This document shows positions 1-9,659 of a DNA stretch of 64,000 bases, piece after piece; within the stretch, counting starts at the first letter, position 1; every line of letters starts with the position of its first letter. The stretch lies in contig CAVQSP010000012.1 in NCBI GenBank assembly GCA_963715985.1, positions 837 through 64,836 of the forward strand, read 5' to 3'. The notes under the pieces were generated by a model that made no database searches, was not told the DNA's origin, and saw only the letters and a program-made list of their open reading frames with translations. This DNA comes from an uncultured Thermoleophilia bacterium. GTDB lineage: Bacteria; Actinomycetota; Thermoleophilia; UBA2241. The translations under genes and the position numbers were made by a program.

Positions 1-817
1 CCCGGCTGCCGCAGCTGGTGCACGACCAGGCCAAGCAGCGACTCGGCGGTGCCCTGGGCGATGTGGCCGGCCACCGTGATGGGCGCATGCAGCAGGGGGA
101 GGCGTCGCGGCGTCCAGGCACGGCACCCCGTGGTCCGCGCACAGTAGGAGCTTGGCCACCGCCTCGCGCGGGTGGCGCAGCGTAGCGCGCTGGTGGTTTC
201 TCCGTACACTGTGAAGTACGGCTTGGCGCGCAGTTCCTCGGCGCCGCCGCGCAGCTCGCAGGCGATCTTCCACATCACCTCGAGATCGGCGGCGTTATCG
301 GCCACCGCCGCCAGTGGTTTGGTGGTGTTGGCCACCATCGCGCGGAAGCTCTCGAGCAGCGAGCGGTGGGGGTCGACCTCGCCCGGATGCGCGTAGGCCA
401 TCACGAAGTCGATGTAGGGCAGGGCGTCGCAGAGGCGCGCCGCCATCACGCTGTCGTCGAGCCGCGTCGGCCGGTGCTCGCGGGTCTCCAGGTCGTAGAC
501 GCTGGTCACGGCCGAGCCGTTGCCGAAGCAGCTGGTGCAGCTGCCCAGCGACATGGCCGGCTCGCCGTCGCGGTCGAAGACCTCGATCACGGCCAGCGCC
601 GTGGCACGGGCGCGCTCCACGAGCTCTCGCGGCACGCGCACCAGGTCGGGCTCGACGACGTCGCAGCCGGCGGTCCGGAGCAGATCCAGGGCCTCCGGAT
701 GGTGCACGCGCTGTCCACCGTGGCCATGATCTCGAGAGCGCTCTCGTAGATTGCGCTCTTGTCGTCGTCAGCGAGGTAGCTCAGATGACCCACGCGAGCA
801 TACGAGTGCGAGTGCAA
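1..817 (-). pseudogene. MttB-superfamily (non-Pyl trimethylamine methyltransferase family) corrinoid-dependent methyltransferase, paralog 1. The 5' part is present, the gene runs off the left edge, and there are at least 3 frame changes.
   Basis: Hand translation of the minus strand gives ...GHLSYLADDDKSAIYESALEIMATV | GQRVHHPEALDLLRTAGCDVV..FGNGSAVTSVYDLETREHRP..LCDALPYIDFVMAYAHPGEVDPH..NTTKPL..LRAKPYFTVYGETTSAL | ..HPREAVAKLLLCADHGVP | ..APITVAGHIAQGTAESLLGLVVHQL. This is collinear with the intact paralog 39552..41006. The frame changes near 715, 175 and 95. The start is uncertain (TTG 817 or GTG 793). Confidence 0.75.
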
Positions 818-893
818 TGTCGGCACAGGCAGTCCTGTCGGTTGATCGCTTCTGCGCCCCTCGGCCCTTCCGGATTCGGGCACGCGGCCAACC

Positions 894-2016
894 TCAAGAG
901 TGATGGTAGCGTTTGTCGCGCCGGTACAGCTCCGCCGCGCGCTCCACGGCGTCAGAGTTGAGCTCGATCCCTGGCCCCGGCCCTCGATGACCCCCAGCTT
1001 GCCCCTTACTGGCGTGAGGTCGGGCGCCGTGACGAGGTCCTCGACGAGCAGCTGATGCATGATCTGGTTGCCGTCGGTGAGGTTGGCCGTACGCAGGCCG
1101 AGGTGGTGCTGGGCGGCGTCGGTGATGCCCGAGACGCCCTGGCGGGAGGCAGACCGCCACGCCGGCGGCCTCGGCGATGGCGGCGGCCTTGCCGAAGGCC
1201 AACAGGCCGCCGGTTTCGTGCGGCGAGAGGACGACAACGTCGGCGGCGCGCTGCCGGCAGACTTCGTACACGTCGGCCGGCGTGAACACCGACTGGTCGG
1301 CGGCGATCGGCACGCTCACGGCCTCCCTGACCTGGCGCAGGGCGGCGATGCTCTGGAAGGGCGTGGGCTGCTCGACGAACTCGGGTCGGAGGCGCCAGCC
1401 GGCCGATCATGTTGATGGCCTCGGCGACGCTCCAGGCGCAGTTCGCGTCGAGCCGCAGGCGGCGGCGGCCGATCGCTTCGCGTACGGCTGCCGTGTTCCT
1501 CAGGTCGGCGGCTTCACCGCGCCCGACCTTCAGGTAGATGACGCCGTACCCCGCCTCGGCAAGGTCGCGCGCATCTTCGGCGAGTTCTTCCGCGGTGTCG
1601 CCCTGGACGAAGCCGAAGTAGTCGACCTCCTCGCGCACCGGGCCGCCGAGGAGCCGGTACACCGGCCAGCCGGCAGCCTTGCCGAGGATGTCCCAGAGCG
1701 CCATCTCGAGGCCGGCCAGAACGAAGTGGCGTGCCACGGCGTGTGCTCGAAGCCGCCGAGATACCGTGCCCCGGTGATTAGCTGTTCAATGTCGAAGACC
1801 GGCTGGCCGACGAATAGCGGCGTCACCCCCTCCAGCGCGGCGACCGTGCCCTCCGCCGGGAACGCGGAGACCGAATCGCCGACGCCGACGAGGCCGTCGT
1901 CGGTCTCGACCTCGACGAGGACGACGGCCGCCGCGTGGTCCACACGACCGGCCCAGTGATACGGCTCCTTGAAGGCCAAGCGCCAGGAACTGTGTCGGGA
2001 TGCGGGCGATCTTCAT
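894..2016 (-). pseudogene. Enolase-superfamily enzyme (mandelate racemase / muconate lactonizing enzyme family), at least 4 frame changes
   Basis: Pieces in four ORF-track frames join collinearly. They are MKIARIPTQ..(1786..2121 frame); KEPYHWAGRVDHAAAVVLVEVETDDGLVGVGDS (1530..1979); LAGLEMALWDILGKAAGWPVYRLLGG..VIYLKVGRGEAADL..LRLDANCAWS (1006..1737); PIAADQSVFTPADVYEVCRQRAADVVVLSPHETGGL (894..1319); ITDAAQHHLGLRTANLT..(587..1237 frame); and the tail GIELNSDAVERAAELYRR* (894 frame). The ATG at 2016 follows a GGAAGGATGA-type RBS. Confidence 0.75.
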
Positions 2017-2065
2017 GGCGTCATCCTTCCGCTGCGTGCAATCAGAGTTTGGTGCCAGCGTTTCC

Positions 2066-2157
2066 TCATCATCAGACGCGATGCACGTCAAGATGATGGT
2101 CGCGTCGCCAAAGTCCACCATGTGGGACGCATCTTCTGCCTCGGTCCGGACTTCCGC
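2066..2157 (-). repeat. Left copy of a 92-bp inverted repeat (candidate promoter/operator module facing the enolase-family/MttB1 genes)
   Basis: The reverse complement aligns with 3504..3595 with 8 mismatches over 92 nt by hand alignment. It contains TTGACG (-35-like) and the near-palindrome GTCCCACATGGTGGAC. It lies about 50 nt upstream of the ATG at 2016. Confidence 0.7.
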
Positions 2158-2169
2158 GTGTCAATGCCG

Positions 2170-3424
2170 GTCTGGAGTTCACACGAGGCGTCTTTGCGAG
2201 CACCGCCAGCCTGCTCAACCTCGCCTGCGGCGCGATCTTCGTGGACACCAGCTCGACCTACTTCGAGAGTCGACGCCGCCGACGCGCAGGCCGAGCTGGA
2301 GACCGCCTCCGCCGATGGGGAGGCCAGAGCCGCGGCTGCGGCGGCGGGCGCGGCGCAGGGCGGGCTACCGAGGAGGCGGCCGTGAGGCGCTGCAGCATGC
2401 ACTCCAAGGACCACCGCGCGGACTGCCCCAGGTGGTGATCGCGATGGCGGTCACCCGCGAGGGATCCCGGTGCGGTGCTGGACGTTCCCCGGCAACACCG
2501 CCGACCAGGGCATCATCCGCACCGTCAAGGACGACCTCGGGGGGTGGAGGTGTATCGGGTGGTGTGGGTGGCCGACCGCGGGTTCGCCCCGCGGCGAACC
2601 GGGCCTACCTGACCCGCGGCGGTGGGCACTACATCCACGCCGAGAAGCTGCGCGCGCCCCACCAAGACCCGCGCCGGCTGGCCCGCGCCGGCCGCTACCG
2701 AAGGTGGCCGGGAACCTCGGGTCAAGGAGGTCGCGCCTCGGGGACGGTGTCCGGGCCCAGCGCTTCGTGGTCTGCCACAACCCCGAGACGGCCGCGCGCG
2801 ACGCCCAGGTGCGCGAGAACCTCGTCGCCTACCTGCGAGCAGATCGACGGCTCCGACGCCTGGCCGCAGCGGCGCCGCGACGAGCTCGTCGGCACGCTGC
2901 GCACCAGCCCCGGCCTGCGCCGCTTCCTGCGCCGCACCAAGGCAGGGGCTGCTGCGCCTCGACCAGGCCGCCGCAGCGCGCGAGGCGCACCTGGACGGCA
3001 AGTGGCTGCTGCGCACCTCCGACGCGACCCTGACCGCCGAGGACCTGGCCGCCGCCTACAAGCAGCTCTACCAGGTCGAGCGCGGCTGGCGCGACATGAA
3101 GGGGGCCTCGGGCTGCGCCCCGTCTTCCACCACCGCGAGGACCGCATCCGCGCCCACGTGCAGCTCTGCTGGCTCGCCCTGCTGCTGATCCGCGTCGTCG
3201 AGAACACCACCGGCGAGACCTGGCGCTGCGTGCGCGACGAGCTCGAGCGCATGCACCTCGTGACCCTCGAGACCGCCGAGGGCCGCGTCGCCCAGCGCTC
3301 GCGGACGACCCCCGGCCAGCGCCGCATCCTCGCCGCCCTGGAACTCCCCGAGCCGCCCCGGTCTTCAGCGACTTCGAGGTCGGCGCGACGCTCACTGAGG
3401 GGCCGCGCCTCAGGCTCGCCGTAG
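2170..3424 (+). mobile_element. IS1634-family (IS4-like DDE) transposase remnant, 5'-truncated with several frame changes
   Basis: Fragments in three frames: IFVDTSSTYFE; SKDHRADCPQVVIAMAVTREGIPVRCWTFPGNTADQGIIRTVKDDLGGW; VWVADRGF..NRAYLTRGGGHYIHAEKLR; DGKWLLRTSDATLTAEDLAAAYKQLYQVERGWRDMKG; RPVFHHREDRIRAHVQLCWLALLLIRVVE. These include the Y-x2-R-x3-E-x6-K signature of IS4/IS1634 transposases. The roughly 120-150 aa N-terminal region seen in family members is missing. Confidence 0.8.
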
Positions 3425-3503
3425 TAACACGACCGTCTCCGGATTCGGCACGCCTTCTTCCTGCTCACGGCCACTTTCTCGTCACTTCGTGTGCCTCTCA
3501 TCT

Positions 3504-3595
3504 GCGGAAGTCCGGACTGAGGCATAAGATGCGTCCCACATGGTGGACTTCAGCGACGCGACCATAGTCTTGACATGCATTGCGTCTGATGATGA
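3504..3595 (+). repeat. Right copy of the 92-bp inverted repeat (candidate promoter/operator module facing ABC operon 1)
   Basis: Pairs with 2066..2157. It contains TTGACA followed about 17 nt later by TGATGA, and the near-palindrome GTCCCACATGGTGGAC. It lies about 130 nt upstream of the SBP start. Confidence 0.7.
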
Positions 3596-3726
3596 CGGTG
3601 TCCGATTGCCGACCGAGTTGCTCGCGAAGACACGCCCGACGCAGAGCTTGGTGCGGGGTTAACGCCGTCAGGGGTGGGCCTGAGCACTCAGGCAGCGCCT
3701 CACAGCCAATGAAGGGATGGTTCGCT

Positions 3727-5317
3727 ATGGCCCACGTAAGGAGAGGTGCTCGCAGCGACCTCTGGATGCTGTCCGGTCCCGTGCTGCTTCTGGCGGTGCT
3801 ATTCCTGGCCGGCTCGGGAACGCTGGCACTGAAGCTGGCAGCAGTCCGACGGCGGGTGCTGCCGTCCAGAGGGGTGGTGTCCTGAACATTGGCACGCAAA
3901 GCGGCAACGGTCAGTTCGACCCAGCCGTGTATGCGGGGGCCTACGGCGACGAGCAACTGCAGCGTCAGGTATTGGAGAAGCTTGTCGATGTGGATGCCCA
4001 GTTGAACCCCGTCCCCGTTCTGGCCACCAAGTGGTCATCTGCTGACGGCAAGGTCTGGAAGTTCACCCTGCGTGACGGAGTTACCTTCACCAACGGCGAA
4101 GCGTTCACCTCGGCTGATGTCATCTATACGATGGATCGCTTGCGCAGCAAGAAACTGGGCTCGGTCATGGCCGACGTCTACGCCAACGTGGACCGAGTGG
4201 TGGCCGACGACCCGACGCATGTGACGTTCTACCTGAAGTCGGTCGATTCCGAATTCCCCGCTACTCTCACCGACATGCGCACGCTGATGCTCTGCAAGAG
4301 CGTCAAGGATCCGATGAAGCAGCTCGTCGGGACTGGCCCGTTCATGCTCGAGTCGTTCGCCGCCGAGGACCGTGCGGTGCTGAAAGCCAACCCCAACTAC
4401 TGGGGTAGGGATGCCGACGGCAACAGGCTTCCATATCTCGATGGCGTCAGCTTCATCTACTCACCAGACATGACCGGACAGGTCGAAGGTCTCCAGGGGG
4501 GGTCACTCGACTGGGTTGGAGGCCTCAGTTCCGAGCTTCGGCAGACCGTGGAGGGCAGCCCGGGGATCAAGGTGTTCAGCATCGACTCCAACAACGTCTT
4601 CACGCTGCAAATCCGCTGTGACCAGGGGCCGGGCAAGGACGTCGCCTTCCGTCAGGCGCTGATGGCCGGGACCGATCGTCAAGCTCTTGTCGACCTCGTT
4701 GCCCCAGGCGATGCATCTCCCGGCAACGGAACAATCGTCGGCCCTGCCTACGCCGCCAACTACCTGCAGGAGTCTGTTCCATTCGATCCTGCCAAGGCCA
4801 AGGAGCTCCTCGCGAGTGCAGGGTACGCGAATGGCCTGGAGATCAAGCTGGTGGTTCAGACTCTTGACCCCTGGCCGGCTATTGCCACCGCTTGGCAGGC
4901 CCAGATGAAGACGATCGGGGTTAGCGTCTCCATCTCACAGGTCCCCTCCGACGTCTTCTGGGCCAATACAGGCACGAACAGCTGGACGCAAGTGGAGTTC
5001 TGCGGGGTGGACTGGTCCACGCGGGTGCCGCCCAGTGTCTATTTCCAGCTCGGGTTCATCACCGACTCGCCGTGGAACATGATGCGCTGGAGCGACCCCG
5101 CGTTCGACCAGATTGTGAAGCAGCTGCCTCAGCAACTCGATGAAACCAAGCGGGCTGACTCTATAAGCAGGCGCAAGTGATTCTGCAGGATCAAGCGCCC
5201 ATAGTGAACTTGATGATCTCGAAGACCGTGGCGGCCCAGTCTAGCAGGCTCGACGGCATCACTCTGCTTCCCGATTGGGCGGCGACCAAGTTCGACACCG
5301 CGCACTTCACGCAGTGA
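3727..5317 (+). pseudogene. ABC transporter substrate-binding protein, family 5 (Opp/Dpp/Nik type), 2 frame changes
   Basis: The signal-peptide-like N-terminus MAHVRRGARSDLWMLSGPVLLLAVLFLAG is in the 3580..3885 frame. The main body is in the 3717..5180 frame (VLNIGTQ..KWSSADGKVWKFTLRDGVTFTNGEAFTSADV..GTGPFMLESF..). The C-terminal tail LYKQAQVILQDQAPIVNLMISKTVAAQSSRLDGITLLPDWAATKFDTAHFTQ* is in a third frame and ends at 5317. The shifts are near 3815 and 5157. Confidence 0.8.
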
Positions 5318-5666
5318 TCCTGCGGACCTCAGTAGCCCGCGGGGCCCGTTGCGGGCCCCGCGGGCACGGTCTGCTGTTGACAAGCGAGAATCCGCAGGCT
5401 GGTCAACCTGGTCCACGACTGATCGCTCGGGTACTTGAGCGCCGAGTCAGGAAGATCACGAGGGGGGAAGCGACATGACTGGAGACGATCTTCTCCCCAG
5501 CGAAGTGGGCGCCGGCGGCCTGGAGGACGAGGCGCTCTGGCAGCCTGGCCCCGACGAGGAGCCTGAGAGGCAGCCGGAGGCTCTGGACGAAGCAGCCCAG
5601 ATCTCGCTGAGGGCCGCAGAGGAACAAGGTGCAGCGCCTGCTCCCTCGGCCCGCCAAGCCCCCAAG

Positions 5667-6503
5667 ATGCGGACCCTCTACTGGCGGCGCCTGAAGAAGC
5701 GGCCGGCGGCCCTCTTCGGCCTCACCATCTTCCTCATCTTCCTCGTCCTGGCCATCATCGGCCCGTGGATAGCGCCATATGACTACACTGCCCAGGACGC
5801 AGCCCTGCGGATCAAACCGCCCTCGCTCGCACATCCATTCGGCACCGACCGGTTCGGACGTGACATCCTCTCGCGCATCATCGTGGGTACGCGCAACATC
5901 TTCCTGTTGGGCGGTATCGGCACCGTGCTGGCCGCCTTGATCGGCACCGCCATCGGCCTCGCCTCTGGCTATGCTGGCGGCTGGACCGACGAGGTCGTGA
6001 TGCGCGCGCTCGATGTGCTCTTGTCCTTCCCCTCGCTGCTCCTTGCGCTGGTGCTGCTCAGCACCGTCGGAACGTCGAACAGGAACCTCGTCGTCGTGGT
6101 AGTTGTCCTCTACGTGCCGGTGATTGCCCGCGTGGTGCGCAGCATGGCCCTCGACCTCAAGAACAAGGAGTTCGTCGAGGCCGCGAGGGTGCGCGGCGAG
6201 AAGCGTGGCTACGTGCTCTTCAGAGAGATACTGCCCAATTCGCTGCCACCGCTCTTTGTCGAGACTTCAATGCGCTTCGCCTACTCGATCTTCCTTGTTG
6301 CGAGCCTCGGCTTCCTGGGCCTCGGTGTGCAGCCGCCCTCGCCCGACTGGGGCCTGCAGATCAATGAAGCGCGCAGCTTCTTCTCGATCGCGCCCTGGGT
6401 GCTGCTCTTTCCGGCCGGCACCATAGCCCTGCTGGTGATCGCCACCCACCTGATGAGCGACGGCCTGCGCCAGGTCATGCTCCCCGGAGGGGGGCGCGGG
6501 TGA
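5667..6503 (+). CDS. ABC transporter permease (DppC/OppC type)
   Basis: ORF 5475..6503. The homologous part starts at MRTLYWRRLKKRPAALFGLTIFLIFLVLAIIGPWIAPYD. The upstream 64 aa are acidic and low-complexity, so ATG 5667 is preferred. It is multi-pass hydrophobic and its stop overlaps the next start (6500/6503). Confidence 0.85.
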   Translation: MRTLYWRRLKKRPAALFGLTIFLIFLVLAIIGPWIAPYDYTAQDAALRIKPPSLAHPFGTDRFGRDILSRIIVGTRNIFLLGGIGTVLAALIGTAIGLASGYAGGWTDEVVMRALDVLLSFPSLLLALVLLSTVGTSNRNLVVVVVVLYVPVIARVVRSMALDLKNKEFVEAARVRGEKRGYVLFREILPNSLPPLFVETSMRFAYSIFLVASLGFLGLGVQPPSPDWGLQINEARSFFSIAPWVLLFPAGTIALLVIATHLMSDGLRQVMLPGGGRG

Positions 6504-8594
6504 ATCCCTCGGCCCGCCCCGTCTTCGAAGTCGAGGGCCTCTCCATCGACTACGAATCCGAATCCGGTCTCTTGCCGGCAGTCCGCAACGCCTCACTGAC
6601 CGTCTGCGAGCACGAAAGCTTCGGCATCGTCGGCGAGTCGGGCTCCGGCAAGTCGACCTTGGCAATGGGCGCCATCTGCTACCTTGCCTCAAACGGGCGA
6701 GTCAGGGAAGGCAGCGTGCGCTTGGACGGGGTCGAACTGCTCAGCCTGCCGAAGAAGCAGCTGCGCGAGCTGTGGGGTGACCGTATCGCTGTCGTGTATC
6801 AAAGCCCCTTGAGCGCGCTGAATCCCTCGATCCAGATCGGGCGGCAGCTGGCCGAAGTGGCAGGCAAGCACCTCGGGATGGGCCGCGGCGCGGCGTGGGA
6901 GCGCGCGGTGGAGATGCTCACCAAGGTCACCATGCCCGACGCCGAGGAGGTCATGCGCCGCTACCCACACCAGCTTTCTGGCGGCATGCTGCAACGCTGC
7001 GTGATCGCCATGGCCCTCATGACCGACCCGTCGCTGCTGATCATGGACGAGCCCACGACCGCTTTGGACGTGACGACGCAGGCGGTGGTGCTAGACCTGG
7101 TGGCCGAACTCAAACGCGAATTCAACTCGGCCATCCTCTACATCACCCACGACTTGGGAGTGATCGCCAGAATCTGCCGACCGCGTTGGAGTGATGTACG
7201 CGGGTGAGTTTGTGGAGCAGGCATCGTTGCGTGAGCTCTTCAAGCGCCCGCGCCATCCGTACACTCTCGACCTGTTGGGCTGCGTGCCCAGATTCGAGAC
7301 CAATCCGCAGAAGCGCAGCCTCGTCACCATCCCCGGCTCCATCCCGCACCTTGACGAGCTGCCGGCAGGTTGCATCTTCGCGCCCCGCTGCAGCTTCGCT
7401 GAAGAGACCTGCCGCGCCGCTCGGCCCCCGCTCGTTGCGCTCGGAGCAACGCATTCAAGCGCCTGTCGGCGCTGGAAGGTGGTGCCCGATCCGCTGGAGT
7501 ACATCTGTGCAGCCAGTGAGGCGCTCGACCTACTGGAGCCCTCTTGCGACGTTGATGAGATCCTTCTTGAAGCCCGCGAGATCAAGACGCATTTCAAAGG
7601 GCCGGCCAAGGGGATTCTTCCTGGGCGACGCCTACGCAAGACGATTCGTGCAGTCGACGGAGCTGACCTCACCCTGTGCAAGGGCCAAACGCTGGGCATC
7701 GTTGGCGAGTCCGGCTCGGGCAAGACGACCATAGCCCGCGCGATCATCGGTCTCACTCCTGCCACCAAAGGCGAGATTCGTCTGCACGGACAAGTACTGG
7801 CTCCCTCTACGCAAGGACGCCCACGAAGCGTACTCAGAGAGATCCAGATGGTGTTCCAGAACCCTGACGCATCTTTGAACCCCACGCGTAGCATCGGCGA
7901 CGCGATCGCCCGGCCCCTGTTGATGCTTGGGAGGGTCTCACGCAAGGAAGCGGCGGCGCGAACCAGAGAATTGCTGCGCGCGGTCAGTCTGCCAGAGCAC
8001 TACTCGGCCCGTCTGCCTCTCGAGCTCTCGGGCGGTGAGAAGCAGCGAGTAGCCATCGCACGAGCGTTTGCTGCTGAGCCGGAGCTAGTCCTTTGCGATG
8101 AGCCGATCTCCTCGCTGGATGTCTCGGTGCAAGGCTCCCTCATGAACCTGCTCATGCGGCTGCAGATCGAACAGCACACCTCGTATGTATTCATCTCGCA
8201 CGACCTGTCTGCGGTTCAGCACCTGTCCGATCAAATCGCCGTCGTGTACTTGGGCAAGATCATGGAGATCGGCAATGCGATCACCGTGCTGTCCCCGCCG
8301 TTCCACCCGTATACGGAGGCACTCCTTTCCGCCGTACCGGTCGCGGACCCTGATATCGCACAAGAAGCCATACGCCTGGTCGGCTCGGTACCAAGCGCAA
8401 TGGATGTGCCTGTCGGCTGCCGCTTCCACCCGCGGTGCCCACGCTTCATCGGCGAACTGTGTGTGAACCAGGAACCGCCCTGGCGCGAGGGAGAGGCCGG
8501 ACACCGCATCTCCTGCCACATATCTCTGGACGAGCTGACGGCGCTGCAAGCCGAGACGCTGAAGATCCCTGCCGGGCGGGGTGATTGCGAGTGA
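6500..8594 (+). pseudogene. ABC transporter ATP-binding protein with two fused ATPase domains (DppD-DppF-like fusion), 1 frame change
   Basis: There are two Walker A motifs (GESGSGKST, GESGSGKTT), two LSGG signatures ([16 protein letters not shown]) and two Walker B motifs ([22 protein letters not shown]). ORFs 6500..7207 and 7191..8594 join as HDLGVIARIC|DRVGVMYAGEFVEQ. One extra base is visible in tgcCgaccgc near 7175. Confidence 0.85.
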
Positions 8595-9535
8595 GCCTCT
8601 TCATTGTCAGACGCTTGGGCTTCATGACTCTCACCATCTTGCTCTCCTCCGTGATCATCTTCGTCGCCACCCAAGTGCTGCCCGGCGATGCTGCTACAGT
8701 GATGCTCGGCCGCTATGCCACTCCGGAAGCCAAGCAGCAGCTGCGGGCTGAACTCGGACTCGACCGGCCGGCCGTCGTGCAGTATGGCAGCTGGCTCAGT
8801 GATTTTGTTACTGGCGATTGGGGTACCTCGGTCAGCACCAATGAGGCGATGCTCGCGCTCATCCTCCATCGGCTTGGCAACTCCGCCATGCTCGCAGCGG
8901 TGGCCTTCGCTCTGTTCGTTCCGCTGGGCATTCTGCTCGGCTTGATCGCCGCTCTGCGACGAAACAGCTGGGTCGATCATACGATTTCGGTCTCATCGCT
9001 GGCACTGATAGGCCTACCGGAGTTCGTCACCGGTCTGTTCCTGATCAGCATCTTCTCCATCCGCCTCGGCTGGCTGCCGTCGCAATCCGCTATTGCTCCG
9101 GGCACGGACTTCGTCGAGGCCTTCCCCTACCTGATTCTGCCGGGCATCACGGTCGCCGTGACGAGTCTGGCCTATGTGCTTCGCATGACGCGCTCCAGCA
9201 CAGTCGACGTGCTGCAGGCCGACTATGTGCGCACCGCTCGCCTGAAGGGACTCTCGCCCAGCCAAGTACTGTTCGCGCACGTACTGCGCAACTCGTTGCT
9301 GCCGACAGTGACCGTCATTGCCATGAGCGTCGGCTGGCTCGTCGGCGGCCTGATCGTCACGGAGGCGGTGTTTGGCTACCCTGGCATCGGACGGCTGCTG
9401 TTGTATGCAATCCAGCGCCGCGACCTGCCGCTCATCCAGGCGACGACGCTCGTCATCATCTTCATCTACTGCTTCGCCAACCTACTCGCGGACATACTTT
9501 ATGCGTACCTCAACCCGCGCATCAGGTATACCTGA
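8585..9535 (+). CDS. ABC transporter permease (DppB/OppB type)
   Basis: Intact 316-aa ORF. N-terminus is FIVRRLGFMTLTILLSSVIIFVATQVLPGD, with the EAA-like region DYVRTARLKGLSPSQVLFAHVLRNSLLPTVT. The start overlaps the ATPase stop. Confidence 0.9.
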   Translation: MRVSLFIVRRLGFMTLTILLSSVIIFVATQVLPGDAATVMLGRYATPEAKQQLRAELGLDRPAVVQYGSWLSDFVTGDWGTSVSTNEAMLALILHRLGNSAMLAAVAFALFVPLGILLGLIAALRRNSWVDHTISVSSLALIGLPEFVTGLFLISIFSIRLGWLPSQSAIAPGTDFVEAFPYLILPGITVAVTSLAYVLRMTRSSTVDVLQADYVRTARLKGLSPSQVLFAHVLRNSLLPTVTVIAMSVGWLVGGLIVTEAVFGYPGIGRLLLYAIQRRDLPLIQATTLVIIFIYCFANLLADILYAYLNPRIRYT

Positions 9536-9659
9536 GACAGGTCGAGTGGGCCCGCCGATCGAGGGGACGGCGACCGAAGGACCGAAGCCGCCTTCCGGGA
9601 GCTGAGCAGCGCGCACGTCGTCGCCGACGACGGCGCTGGCCGACCTCGGGCTCCGGCGA

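Noticed and set aside
2066-3595. The 92-bp inverted repeats as the terminal inverted repeats of the IS1634-like element
   Set aside because: They are much longer than usual for this family as I know it. The enclosed transposase lacks its N-terminal part, so the span is too short for a complete element. Both copies are positioned like promoters of the flanking genes. This possibility is kept as the stated refutation test in the corresponding finding.
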